Made by a program: the position numbers and the translations under genes. Shown here in pieces: positions 46,649-56,980 of a stretch of 64,000 nucleotides of DNA. The notes under the pieces are model-generated. The model was given only the letters and a program-made list of their open reading frames with translations, was not told the DNA's origin and searched no databases. This stretch comes from Candidatus Eiseniibacteriota bacterium (GTDB lineage: Bacteria > Eisenbacteria > RBG-16-71-46). Where the stretch lies: contig CAVZLN010000009.1 in assembly GCA_963776245.1 (NCBI GenBank), forward strand, positions 224,426-288,425, in the 5' to 3' direction. Position 1 is the first letter of the stretch. Every line of letters starts with the position of its first letter.

Positions 46649-46881
46649 GCGCACCGACACCACCCGACCACGAGATCCTCACGCTCGAGGAGGTGGCGCA
46701 CTACCTTCGCCTCAAGCCCCAGACCATCTACAAGTGGGCGCAGGAGCGGCGCATCCCGGCGGTCAAGCTGGGCAAGGAATGGCGCTTCCGGAAGAGCATC
46801 CTCGATCGCTGGTTGAACCAGCAGATGTTGAGCGAGGACTCGGGATTCAGCCACCTGCGCGAGCCCGAGGGCGACGCATGA
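46645..46881 (+). CDS. Excisionase-like (HTH_17, Xis/BldC-type) DNA-binding protein
   Basis: ATGA overlap; ILTLEEVAHYLRLKPQTIYKWAQERRIPAVKLGKEWRF. Confidence 0.9.
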   Translation: MSAPTPPDHEILTLEEVAHYLRLKPQTIYKWAQERRIPAVKLGKEWRFRKSILDRWLNQQMLSEDSGFSHLREPEGDA

Positions 46882-46953
46882 CCGACCCGGGCCCGCGCCG
46901 ACGTCTTCGCGAACGCGGGGACGTTGGCGCGGGGTGACGGACTTCTCACCCGC

Positions 46954-49329
46954 TCACTCGATCCACTCCAGGCCCGTGCGCCAGTCGGTCGTGGTCACGC
47001 CCTGCTGCGCTCCCCGGGTGCCGCCCGGATGCGCGGAAGCGTCGCGCGGTGCGCGCTCGCCGGCGGGCGCCCCGGCACGCGCCAGCGCTTCGGATGTCCC
47101 GGACGATCCGGCGCGCGCCGAGAGCACCAGGCCGAGGTTGTGTCCCGGCGCCGGTGTCTTCCCGCCACGGGCGATCGCGGCGCGGAAGCATTGCTCGGCT
47201 GCCATCAGGCTGTCCTGGGACGCGAGCACGATGCCGAGATTGTTGAGCGTGCGGGCCGAATCGGGCGTCACCGCGAGCGCCTGCTCGAGCAGCGCGCGCG
47301 CGCCGGCGAAATCGCCGCCCTCCCAGGTCACGCGAGCGACCTCTTCCAGGGCGCCTGCCGACACCGCTTTCCGTTGCGGATCGCCGAAGCGCTCGAGCGC
47401 CCACGCCTCCCGCCACTCGGTGAGCGAGGCGGCGTCGCGCGCGAGCAGGGAATCGAGCCGTCCGTCATCGAGCGCGATGGTCCGGCGTTCGCCCGGAGGC
47501 ACGACGGGCTCGTAGCGGGCCTGCGAGGCGCTGACATCCACCAGCGAGAGCTGCCCGCGCGCGTTCCAGCCCGCCCACGCTTCGGCTCCCCGGCGCCACG
47601 CCTCGGTGAACCCCTGCCCCACGCGCGTGGTCTCGATCGGGATCCACACCTCCTCGTCCGCCACCACGCTGAGTCCCTCGTCCACCCGCAGCGCCATCCG
47701 CCGGCGCTCGTGGAGTCCGGTGTCGATCAGCAGGAACACATGTCCGGGCGCATCCACGACCTGCGTGGCGATCCCCACGTTGGCGCACAGCGCGGCCAGC
47801 AGGACGGTGGTGTCGTCGCAGTCGCCGGTGCGGGTCTCGAGGGTCTGGAACGGGTAGCGGATCGAATCCACCGCCTCGGCGGAGCGCGAGATCGCGTCGA
47901 AGGGATTGTTGGGATCGGGCACGTAGACCACGCCGAGCTGTTCGAGCGCGTCCACCAGTGCGGCGACGAACGCGAGATTGCGATTGCCGTACGCCTCGCG
48001 GGAATGCAGTCCGGCGACGCGGGTGGCCTCGCGCGCCAGCGCGTCCACCGCCGGATCGAGCGGCGTGACGAACGCGGCGATCTGCTCGACTCCGCGGCCC
48101 CAGCGGATCGCGCCGGGCGCGTAGGCCACGGTGCGGGCGGAGGCCCGCTCGCGCCGCACCAGCTGACGACTCGGATAGCTCGCGGTGATCTCGACCTGCA
48201 CCGAGCGGTCGCCACGCTGGGTGAGCACGCGCTCCGGCAGCACGGCGGTGAGCGCCACCTCCTGCACCGCCTTGGGCCTGAGGAGCACATCCTGCTCCGA
48301 GGGCGCGTCCATCAGACCCTCGATCCGCACGCCGAGCCGCGCCTGGATCGGCCGGTCCTGCAGGTTGCGCACCCGCACCGAGCCCAGCGGCTCGTGCGAG
48401 TAGCTGCGGTAGAGCGAGGTGTAGAGCGGCTGGGCCTCGACCTTCTCGAGCCTCACCTGCGCCGGGCTGAGATTGAACTCCAGCGACACGGCGAGGTGAT
48501 CGGTGGACTCCAGCACCGGGTGCTCGACGCGCGCCCAGTCCAGCCGCACCGGTCCGGCGCGCAGGCCGAGCCCGTAGCTCCAGGTCGGCCGCTCGCCGCC
48601 GCGCAGGTCGTCCTGGGCGCCGCACCTCAGCGCCAGCGCCTCCAGCGGCGTGGCCTCGAGCCCGAGATGCCAGCGATCGTCCAGATCGAAGCTCGCGGTG
48701 CCGCGGCGGCCCCAGGCATACGAAGCGCCGGCCCTCACCGCTCGCGGGAAGATGACCTCGCTGATCCCGTCCGCGTCCCGCACGCGCGTGCCGAGCAGGT
48801 CCTGCACCACGAGACCGAGGCGGAAGCGCTCGGCCGGCACCAACAGCGCGCCGAGGTCGAGGCCCAGCCCCTGCCCCTGCCGGACCGTCACGCCATCCAG
48901 CCCGACGTCGCGTGTCACCAGCTTGCCGGTCGCGCCGAGCTGCAGCCACTCGGACATCAGCACGCCCGCCGAGAGGTCCACCTGGTTCTCGCCGAAGGCC
49001 AGCTCACCGTCGTCGTAGCCCGAGTGGTACCAGGAGAACGCAGCGGCCCGGTTGGCCGCGAATGGGATCGCGAGGGCGGAGAAGTTGTCGCGGATCCCGG
49101 TCTTGAACAGGTTGGCGTGCGTGAAGGCCATCTCCTGATGCTCGATCCGCGCCAGCCCGGCCGGATTCCAGAAGGTCGCAGACGCGTCGACCACGAGCGA
49201 GGTGTACGCGCCCCCCAGCGCGAGCGCCCGCGGCCCGATCGGGACCTGCTGCGCGGTCTCGGCTGCGGCCACGCCGGCCACGATCATCGCGAGCAGTACC
49301 ACGCTCCGAGACACCACCCGCGCGCTCAT
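46954..49329 (-). CDS. PorV/PorP-like beta-barrel fused to transglutaminase-like domain and TPR
   Basis: IGPRALALGGAY...FWNPAGL; GDCDD...PGHVFL...WIPIETT; ALLEQALAVTPDSARTLNNLG. Confidence 0.8.
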   Translation of the reverse strand: MSARVVSRSVVLLAMIVAGVAAAETAQQVPIGPRALALGGAYTSLVVDASATFWNPAGLARIEHQEMAFTHANLFKTGIRDNFSALAIPFAANRAAAFSWYHSGYDDGELAFGENQVDLSAGVLMSEWLQLGATGKLVTRDVGLDGVTVRQGQGLGLDLGALLVPAERFRLGLVVQDLLGTRVRDADGISEVIFPRAVRAGASYAWGRRGTASFDLDDRWHLGLEATPLEALALRCGAQDDLRGGERPTWSYGLGLRAGPVRLDWARVEHPVLESTDHLAVSLEFNLSPAQVRLEKVEAQPLYTSLYRSYSHEPLGSVRVRNLQDRPIQARLGVRIEGLMDAPSEQDVLLRPKAVQEVALTAVLPERVLTQRGDRSVQVEITASYPSRQLVRRERASARTVAYAPGAIRWGRGVEQIAAFVTPLDPAVDALAREATRVAGLHSREAYGNRNLAFVAALVDALEQLGVVYVPDPNNPFDAISRSAEAVDSIRYPFQTLETRTGDCDDTTVLLAALCANVGIATQVVDAPGHVFLLIDTGLHERRRMALRVDEGLSVVADEEVWIPIETTRVGQGFTEAWRRGAEAWAGWNARGQLSLVDVSASQARYEPVVPPGERRTIALDDGRLDSLLARDAASLTEWREAWALERFGDPQRKAVSAGALEEVARVTWEGGDFAGARALLEQALAVTPDSARTLNNLGIVLASQDSLMAAEQCFRAAIARGGKTPAPGHNLGLVLSARAGSSGTSEALARAGAPAGERAPRDASAHPGGTRGAQQGVTTTDWRTGLEWIE

Positions 49330-51316
49330 CGCACCACCGCCAGCGGGCGCGACTGCAGCTCACCCAGCGCTTCCACCGCGACGATGTAGAGCCCCGGCTC
49401 GACTATGGATCCCTCCTGGTCGCGGCCGTCCCATCGCACCAGGTTGGCCCCGGGCCCCAGCGTCTGGCCCGGGAGCACCTCGCGCACCAGGCGGCCCGCG
49501 CGGGTGTACACCTTCACCGTCACCGAGCCGGCGCGGCCGAGGTCGAACCCGATCGCCACCGCTCCGGTCGCGTACGTGCCTCGCGGCGAGAACACGCGCG
49601 GCGTCATCGAGAGGTTCGCAAGCCTGACCGACCCGTTCGCGGCCGCGGCCTCGGCGTAGAGCGCGTAGCGGCCATCCGCCGCGACTGCCAGCGAGATCCG
49701 CCGGGTCTCGGCGACCGCGGTGCCCCCGAGGCGGCGCCACAGCGAGTCGCTCCCCACCATGTAGAGCGCCAGGCTGCTGCCCGGTGGCACGTCGCTCCCG
49801 GCATACGACATGTCCAATGTGACGGGCTTGCGCAGCCCCGCGCCGCCGCAGTCGAGCCGGTAGCCCGGGTGCACGAGTTCCGCGCCACCCGCCTGGGTCG
49901 TCGGCACATCCCCAGCGCCCAGTGCCGCCAGCGTGATGAGCGCGTCCTCCGCCAATCCGTGCGGGGGCACGTACACGTGCGCTTCCGCATTGGTGGTGTA
50001 CACGTCGCCGCCGGCTTCCGCGGTCACCCGTGCCGGCGAGGTCACGCTCGCCCATGGCGCCTGATTGTCCACGATAACGGTGACCTGGGTGAGCCCCGTC
50101 AGCTCGAGCGAGTCCGTGACCGCGAGACGCACCTCGTACCTTCCGTCGGGCGAAGCGGAGGTGTCCCAGGAACCGAGCAGTCCGTTCACGACTGCCGTGG
50201 CCGACTGGGCCAGCAGCGTGGCGTGCGGCGGATCCCACGAGGGCGCTCCTTCGGCGCGCACCTCGAGTCGATAGCCGACGAAGCGAGGATCGCTGGCCGT
50301 GCCGCGCACCTCGACGCGCCCGCGGACCGGCTGGCCGAACGCCGGCGCGGCGATCACCGGGGCGGGAGGCTCGGCGTCCACCTCGAACGCGGCGCGCGCG
50401 GGCGTCTGTTCCAGGTTGAGCACGTAGTCGCGTGCGCGCGCCTCGAACACGTGAGGCCCCGGAGCGAGCGAGGTCAGGAACGCGCTGCCGGCCCGGGACC
50501 ATTCGGACCACGGCCCGGCGTCGAGGCGCGAAGCGAACTCGATGCCCCGGCTGTCGCCGAACGCGGCGACGAACACCATCCCGAAAATCCCTCGCCGCGG
50601 TCACGCGTGGCGGCACGCTCAGGAACACGGTGTGAGGTGGGACGCGATCGGGTTCGTAGCGCGTCACGCGCTGATAGCCCCCGAACCAGAGGCTACCCAG
50701 CCGGTCCTCGAGAATGGTCGTGACGACGCTGCCCGAGAGTCCGTCGCTGGCCGTGAGCGTTCTCCACGTCTCTCCGTCGTAGAAGGTCGCGCCGCGATCG
50801 CTGCCGAACCAGAGGTACCCGGCGCTGTCTTCGAAGATGGACGTCACTCGGTTGTCCGCCAGCCCGTCGGCGATCGTGAGGGTCCTCCAGGTCGTCCCGT
50901 CGTAGCGGCGCACCCCCTGATCGGTCCCGAACCAGAGGTTACTCGCGCGGTCCTCGCGGATGCAGTTCACGTAGACGTCCGTGACGCCGGCGGCTGCCGT
51001 GAAGGACCGCCACGTCACTCCGTCGTACCGGCTGATCCCGTTGCCAGCGAACCAGAGGTTGCCCCCGCGGTCCTCGAGCATGGCGACCACGAAGTCGAGA
51101 GCCAACCCGTCGGCCGCCGAGAAGGTCTTCCACGTGAGCCCGTCGTACCGACTCACGACCCGCCGCGTGGTGTCGACGGCGCTGGTGCCGACCCAGAAGG
51201 TCCCCAAGCGATCCTCGAGGATCGCATGGACATCGTCGTTCGAGAGCCCATCGGCGGTCGTGAAGGTCCGCCACGTGGTCCCGGCATAGCGGGTCAGGCC
51301 GGTCGCGGTCCCGAAC
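49326..51316 (-). CDS. Beta-propeller (two-component-regulator-propeller repeats) + Ig-like + FlgD-Ig CTD protein; frameshift near 50585; 5' end cut at junction
   Basis: Repeats LWFGT..G..RYDG.TW..FT.ADGL....V..I.ED..G; C-terminus PRVFSPRG...WDGRD...GLYIV. Confidence 0.85.
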
Positions 51317-51321
51317 GATTT
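51317..51321. other. Junction between two different genomes
   Basis: Both flanking genes are 5'-truncated here; abrupt change in composition and gene content. Confidence 0.85.
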
Positions 51322-52079
51322 GGTGGGCACAGGCGAGCCGCTGGTTCTGGTTCATGGCATGGGCGTGGATCGAGGCACGCTGCTGGACGTCGCTGGAAAA
51401 CTGAAGCAGAAATTCCGCGTCATCCTTCCTGATCTTCCCGGGTTCGGCGACAGCGACAAGCCCGAGGCGGCCGACTACAGCATCCAAGCCCAGGTCGATC
51501 ATTTGCGTCAGTTCATTGAAGCCGCTGGACTGCGCCAGGTGCATCTGGGCGGTCACTCGATGGGAGGATGGATCAGCGCCGGCCTTGCATCCTCCCATCC
51601 AGAAATGATCGCTAGCCTTTGGCTGATTGCGGCAGCCGGAACGTCCGATCTGGAAGGCTCGATTGCGATGGAGGCGTACAGGCGAGGGGAATATCTGCTT
51701 TGCTGCCGCACACCGCAGGATCTCCGTGGCGTGATGGGGCTTGCCATGGTGAAGCTCCCGACGCTTCCGTACTGCGTCTGGCAGACGTTGGGCCGGCGGG
51801 CCGCGGCCAATTATGAACTGCACAAGAAGATATTCGACCGGATCATGGCTGACGTCGCCGGCTACGATCTCGAAAGGCGGCTTTCCGGAATCGAAGGCCC
51901 CGACATTGCTTGTCTGGGGAGATGCCGATCGCCTTGTGCCTCCATCCGCGCTTCAAACGTTCAAGCGGCTGATTCCGAACGCTCGGCCGATCCTGCTGAG
52001 CGGCGTCGGACACGTGCCGCAGATGGAGGCGATCGACCGTTGCGCGACCGACTATCTCGCTTTTCGGCAGTCGATCTAG
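51320..52079 (+). CDS. Alpha/beta hydrolase, 5'-truncated, frameshift near 51895
   Basis: GEPLVLVHG, PDLPGFGDS, GHSMGG / PTLLVWGDAD, GVGHVPQME. Confidence 0.85.
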
Positions 52080-52080
52080 T

Positions 52081-52202
52081 CCGTAGCACGTGGGATGGGG
52101 TGAGCCTTTCGCGAAACCCATCACCTTCGCGCACCGCAGCTGATGGGTATCGCTTCCGCCTTCGCTCGTTGAGCTACGGCGGACAAGTCGCTCCACCCAT
52201 CC
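52081..52202. repeat. REP-like palindromic intergenic element with nested hairpin
   Basis: GATGGG..CCCATC pairs; insert CCGCCTTCGCTCGTTGAGCTACGGCGG; style typical of Bradyrhizobium. Confidence 0.7.
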
Positions 52203-52309
52203 AGCGGGCTGCTACCAGCATGTCCAGGTCATCATCGTCGCCATCGACCAGTATGCGGAAGCCGCCACCGGCAACCGATATTACTTACGGAGCAAGCCGT
52301 GGTTGAATT

Positions 52310-52543
52310 TTACTTCTGAGCGCAGGTGAACGCCGTCCCGTTCTTGGTTGTGCCGGTCGCTCGCTTCCCCTGTTTCCTAACCGGATACGTTCCGCCTGTC
52401 GGGAATCCGTTCAGATGGATGTAGGCGGATTCGCCGCCGTCATAGGACCCGGATATCATACCGGGTGCGGAGCACGTCCAAGCTTGCGCGTAGGCGCTTG
52501 TACTGGCGAGGAGAAGTCCAAGAATAAGGAGAGCCTGTTTCAT
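52310..52543 (-). CDS. Small secreted hypothetical protein
   Basis: Signal peptide MKQALLILGLLLASTSAYA; two Cys. Confidence 0.7.
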   Translation of the reverse strand: MKQALLILGLLLASTSAYAQAWTCSAPGMISGSYDGGESAYIHLNGFPTGGTYPVRKQGKRATGTTKNGTAFTCAQK

Positions 52544-52743
52544 ATGATTCTTTTGGCGCTGCTCACGCCGGTTATCGTGTGAACCCCTGAAGGTAAGTTG
52601 GGGACCAAAGTTACTTTTATTTCCTGCCCAGCCCCGACCAATTGTTGATGCGGGTTCTGAAGTTGCCGGTTGTCATGCACTGTGCCCGCTCGCCCTTGCA
52701 ATAGCTTTTGCATTCCGCGTCACATCCTACCTGTCCGTCGCTC

Positions 52744-53839
52744 CTATCCCGCGCCGCCCTGGATCACGCCGAACCAGCCGAGGCCCCTGATAGGTCTCGT
52801 AGCCCGGCGTGGCGTGGAACGCGATCAGCGCGCCGGAGCGGTCCTGATGGAAGCCGGAGCGTCGCCCCTCCAGTGGAAGCGAGACGCGCTCGGTGAGCAG
52901 GCCCTGGCCGTCGGACGCCGCGATCACGCGGAAATTCGAATCGACCAGCAGCACGCGCGCCTTGTCGGCCGCGCCGACGCGCACGCCCTGGACGATGGCG
53001 CGGGCTTGCGGTTCCCAGTCGAAATGGATCGCCAGCACGCCGATCGGTTTGGCGTTGGCCTTGCCGCCTTCGCGAACGCTGGCGCAGTAGGTCACGACCT
53101 GGGCGTTGCCGAGCAGCGGCTGGCATTCGACGTCGCCGACGGCGTATTCGTCGCCGGTGCGCAGGCCCCGCGCCGCCTTAAACCACTTGGTGTGCGCCAC
53201 GTTCTGGCCGACGACGCCAAAGCGATCGGCGCGGCCGTTGGCGCGCACGGTGCCGTCGAGATCGCACAGCCAGAGATCGAGATAGACGGTGTAGGCGCCG
53301 AGGATCACGGCCATCCGTTCCGACGCATGCGCGACCGCGGCGGCCTCCGGCGCCGCCGCGCAATCGACGACGGCGGAGTCGGTCGCCCACCAGCGCACGT
53401 CGCAGGTGCGCTCATAGAGGTTACGGTCGATCAGCTCGATGGCATTCAGCGACAGATCGACCATGCGCTCGCCGCGCGAGCGGTCGGCCATCTGCGCGAT
53501 CGAGTTCATCAGATTGCCGGTCCGGTTGGTGAGCTGGCTTTCGAGCTCGCGGGCGATGGTCTCGACCTGCTGGCCGACATTGCGGACTTCCTGCGCCACC
53601 ACGGCAAAGCCCGCGCCCTGGGCGCCGGCGCGCGAACTCTCGATCAGCGCGTTCAGCGCCAGCATCTTCATCTGGTTGGTGATCTTCTGGATCGACTTGG
53701 TCTTCTCGCAGGCGACCTGGTTGACCTCGGCGGTCAATCTGGCGATCAGCGCGGAAACGTCGGCTTCATCCTCGGCGCCCGCTGCATTGGCCGGCTGTTT
53801 TGCGATCGTTGCGGTTTGGGAGCGAAGCGCGACGGACAT
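52744..53839 (-). CDS. Soluble chemotaxis (MCP-fragment + Cache-like) protein; frameshift near 3' end
   Basis: MLALNALIESSRAGAQGAGFAVVAQEVR; RNLYERTCDVRWWATD; TPGYETY.GLGW. Confidence 0.85.
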
Positions 53840-54150
53840 TGGCGGGAATTCCTCAGTCTTTGTGCGGTTGCCGGTCTTCTGCGGATCGGCGGAACTCAAC
53901 GGGAGCGTGTTTGACTCCTTTGTCGGGGATCATGGCTAACGATTGGTTTATGTTCCGCCGTCCCGCGGGTAGTATTACGGGGACAAGTTGCATCTTCTTT
54001 GTGCAAGTCGTTTTTGTCGGCATAGGCTCAAAGCCGACGTGGCCGAGGTTGTGTCAGCCTGGCCGCAACGATTCGCGCGCAGCCGCACCACGCCATCGCC
54101 CCGGTTTGCGTTTGCCGAGGGCGGCTTTGTCCCTATCTCTCGAAGGCATC

Positions 54151-55994
54151 ATGACGCTTCCCGCATCCGCCATTCCCGTTGAACTGCCGCCGGCGTTTCT
54201 CGGCGTGTCGCGTTCGGCGACCGGCAAATTGTGGCGCGACCGGCTCGACGCGCAGGGGGGCGGCGCGGGCGCTGGCGATCACGCAGCGCTACCAGTTGCC
54301 GGAGATGCTGGCGCGCGTGCTGGCGGGCCGCGATGTCGGGATCGACGAGGTCGAGGATTTTCTCGATCCGACCATCCGCAAACTGATGCCCGATCCCTAC
54401 ACCGTGACGGCGATGGAGACGGCGGCGAGGCGCATTGCCGATGCGGCGGCGCGCGGCGAGAAGGTCGCGATCTTCGGCGATTACGACGTCGATGGCGCGA
54501 CCTCGGCGGCGCTGCTGGCCTGGCATTTGCGCCATTGCGGGCTCGATCCCTTGATCCACATCCCCGACCGCATCTTCGAGGGCTACGGCCCCAACGTCGA
54601 GGCGGTGCGCGCGCTTGCCGGCAAGGGCGCGACGCTGCTCGTCACCGTCGATTGCGGCACCACCAGCCTCGAGCCGCTGGCGGAGGCGCGAAAGCTCGGC
54701 ATGTCGGTCGTCGTCATCGACCATCACCAGACCGGCGACGAATTGCCCGAGGTCGATGCGCTGGTGAACCCGAACCGGCCTGACGATCTCTCCGGCCTCG
54801 GCCATCTCGCCGCCGTCGGCCTCGTGCTGATCACGCTGGTGGCGGTGAACCGCGAATTGCGCGGCCGCGGCTTCTGGAACGCCGAGCGGCCGGAGCCGGA
54901 TCTGCTCGGGCATGCTGCACCATGTGGCGCTCGGCACCGTCGCCGATGTCGCGCCGTTGACCGGGCTCAACCGCGCCTTCGTCGCCAAGGGGCTGATCGC
55001 GATGCGCCGCCGCGACCATGTCGGCCATACCGCGCTGATGGATGTGGCGCGGCTGAACGGCCCGCCCGAAGCCTGGCATCTCGGCTTCATGCTGGGGCCG
55101 CGCATCAATGCGGGCGGCCGGATCGGGCGCGCCGATTTAGGCGTGCGGCTGCTGCTGGAAGGCGACGTCTCGGAGGCCGCGCGGATCGCCGCCGAACTCG
55201 ACCGCCTCAACAGCGAGCGCCGCATCATCGAGCAGGCGGCGGAGGCGCAAGCCGAGGCCGAGGCGCTGGCGTCGCTCGGGCTTGAGGACAAGGGTGCGGT
55301 GATCGTGACCGCCGCCGAGGGCTGGCATCCCGGCATCGTCGGCCTGGTTGCCGCGCGGCTGAAGGAGAAGTTTGCACGTCCCGCCTTTGCCATCGCGCTG
55401 GAGCCGGGCGGCATCGGCACCGGCTCGGGCCGCTCGATCTCGGGCGTCGATCTCGGCAAGGCCGTGCGGCAGGCGGTGAAGGAAAAATTGCTGATGAAGG
55501 GCGGCGGCCACGCCATGGCCGCAGGCGTGACGCTGCGCAAGGAGAAGCTTGCGGAGTTTCGCGCCTTCATGGAAAGCGCGCTGGCCGAGGACGTCGCCAA
55601 TTCCCGTCACGAAAACGAGCTGTTCATCGATGGCGCGGTGAGCGCGCGCAGCGTGACGGTGGAATTCGCCAACATGCTGAACCGCGCCGGGCCGTTCGGG
55701 GCCGGCAATCCGGAGCCGGTGATCGCGCTGCCGGCGCATCAGCTCGTCTATGCCGATGAAGTGGGGCAAGCGCATCTGCGCCTGCGCTTCAAGTCGGGCG
55801 ACGGCGCCATCGTCAACGGCATCGCGTTTCGCTCGATCGGCCAGAAGCTCGGCCACGCGCTGACGCAAAACCGCGGCCAGCCGCTGCATGTGGCGGGATC
55901 GCTCGCGGTCGATCGCTTTCAGGGCTCGGAACGCGTGCAGTTGCGCGTGGTCGACGTCGCGGTGCCGGATCAGGGACCGGCGCTGATCAGGTAA
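54151..55994 (+). CDS. recJ: ssDNA exonuclease RecJ (indels near 54255 and 54910)
   Basis: GDYDVDG, IDHH, LGTVADV, GPRINAGGR, GSGRS, GGGHAMAAG, PFGAGNPEP. Confidence 0.95.
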
Positions 55995-56027
55995 TTCGAC
56001 AATCAAGAACAACAAACGGGAGTGGAA

Positions 56028-56837
56028 ATGACAGGGCAGGTTCAGGGCAAGGTCGCGCTGGTGACGGGCGGCGCATCCGGCATTGGCGAAGCGGTTTGCG
56101 AATTGCTGGCGCGCGAGGGTGCCTCGGTCGCGGTGACCGACGTCGACGATTTGAAAGGGCCCGAGGTCGTCGCGCGGATCAAGAAGGCCGGCGGGGAGGC
56201 GAGCTTTTGGCATCACGACGTCACCAGCGAGGAGCGCTGGATCGAGGTCGTGGCCGAGGTCATGAAGCGCTACGGCCGGCTCGACGTGCTGGTCTCGAAC
56301 GCCGGCATCGGCATTGCCGTGCCGTCGATCACCGAGATGTCGCTGGCGGACTGGCGGCGGCAGACCGCGATCAATCTCGACGGCGTGTTTCTGTCGGTGA
56401 AGCACTGCCTGCCGGCGATGCGCAAGACCGGCGGCGGCTCCGTCATCATGATGTCGTCGCTGGCGGGCCTGCGCGGCGCGGCCGGTCTTTCCGGCTATTG
56501 CGCGACCAAGGGCGGCGTGCGGCTGTTTGCGAAAGCGATCGCGATGGAGTGCGCCACGTTCGGCGACGGCATCCGCGTCAACTCGGTGCATCCCGGCATC
56601 ATCGACACGCCGATCTGGGGCAAGATCCCGACGGAGGCGGCGGGCGCCGGGCAGAACGCGCCGATCGATCCCGAGGAGCGCGCGAAAATGGCGACGCCGC
56701 TGGGGCGCGCCGGCGAGGCCGAGGAGATCGCGCAGGGCGTGCTGTATCTGGCGTCCGATGCTTCACGCTACGTGACCGGGACCGAACTCGTCATCGACGG
56801 CGGGATGAATGCGGGCGGGGTGGCGCGGAGGGCGTAG
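56028..56837 (+). CDS. SDR-family oxidoreductase
   Basis: TGGASGIG, NAGI, YCATK, VNSVHPG. Confidence 0.93.
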   Translation: MTGQVQGKVALVTGGASGIGEAVCELLAREGASVAVTDVDDLKGPEVVARIKKAGGEASFWHHDVTSEERWIEVVAEVMKRYGRLDVLVSNAGIGIAVPSITEMSLADWRRQTAINLDGVFLSVKHCLPAMRKTGGGSVIMMSSLAGLRGAAGLSGYCATKGGVRLFAKAIAMECATFGDGIRVNSVHPGIIDTPIWGKIPTEAAGAGQNAPIDPEERAKMATPLGRAGEAEEIAQGVLYLASDASRYVTGTELVIDGGMNAGGVARRA

Positions 56838-56846
56838 GCAGTCACT

Positions 56847-56970
56847 CCGTCATTGCGGGGCGATGCGAAGCAATCCAATCTGGATTCTTGAGATTCGCGG
56901 AGGCGATGGATTGCTATCGTCGCTTCGCTCCCTTGCGCAAACGCTTCGCGAATGCGCAGGCAATGGTCGG
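56847..56970. repeat. REP-like palindromic intergenic element
   Basis: CCGTCATTGCG...GAAGCAATCCA / TGGATTGCT...GCAATGG; rhizobial style. Confidence 0.7.
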
Positions 56971-56980
56971 TAGCGGCGAA

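Noticed and set aside
46645..46881. Prophage or ICE excisionase
   Set aside because: No integrase or phage genes; coupled to a membrane-protein gene
50650..51316. Periodic GAACCAGAGG repeats as a CRISPR array
   Set aside because: Degenerate in-frame propeller-blade repeats; no cas genes
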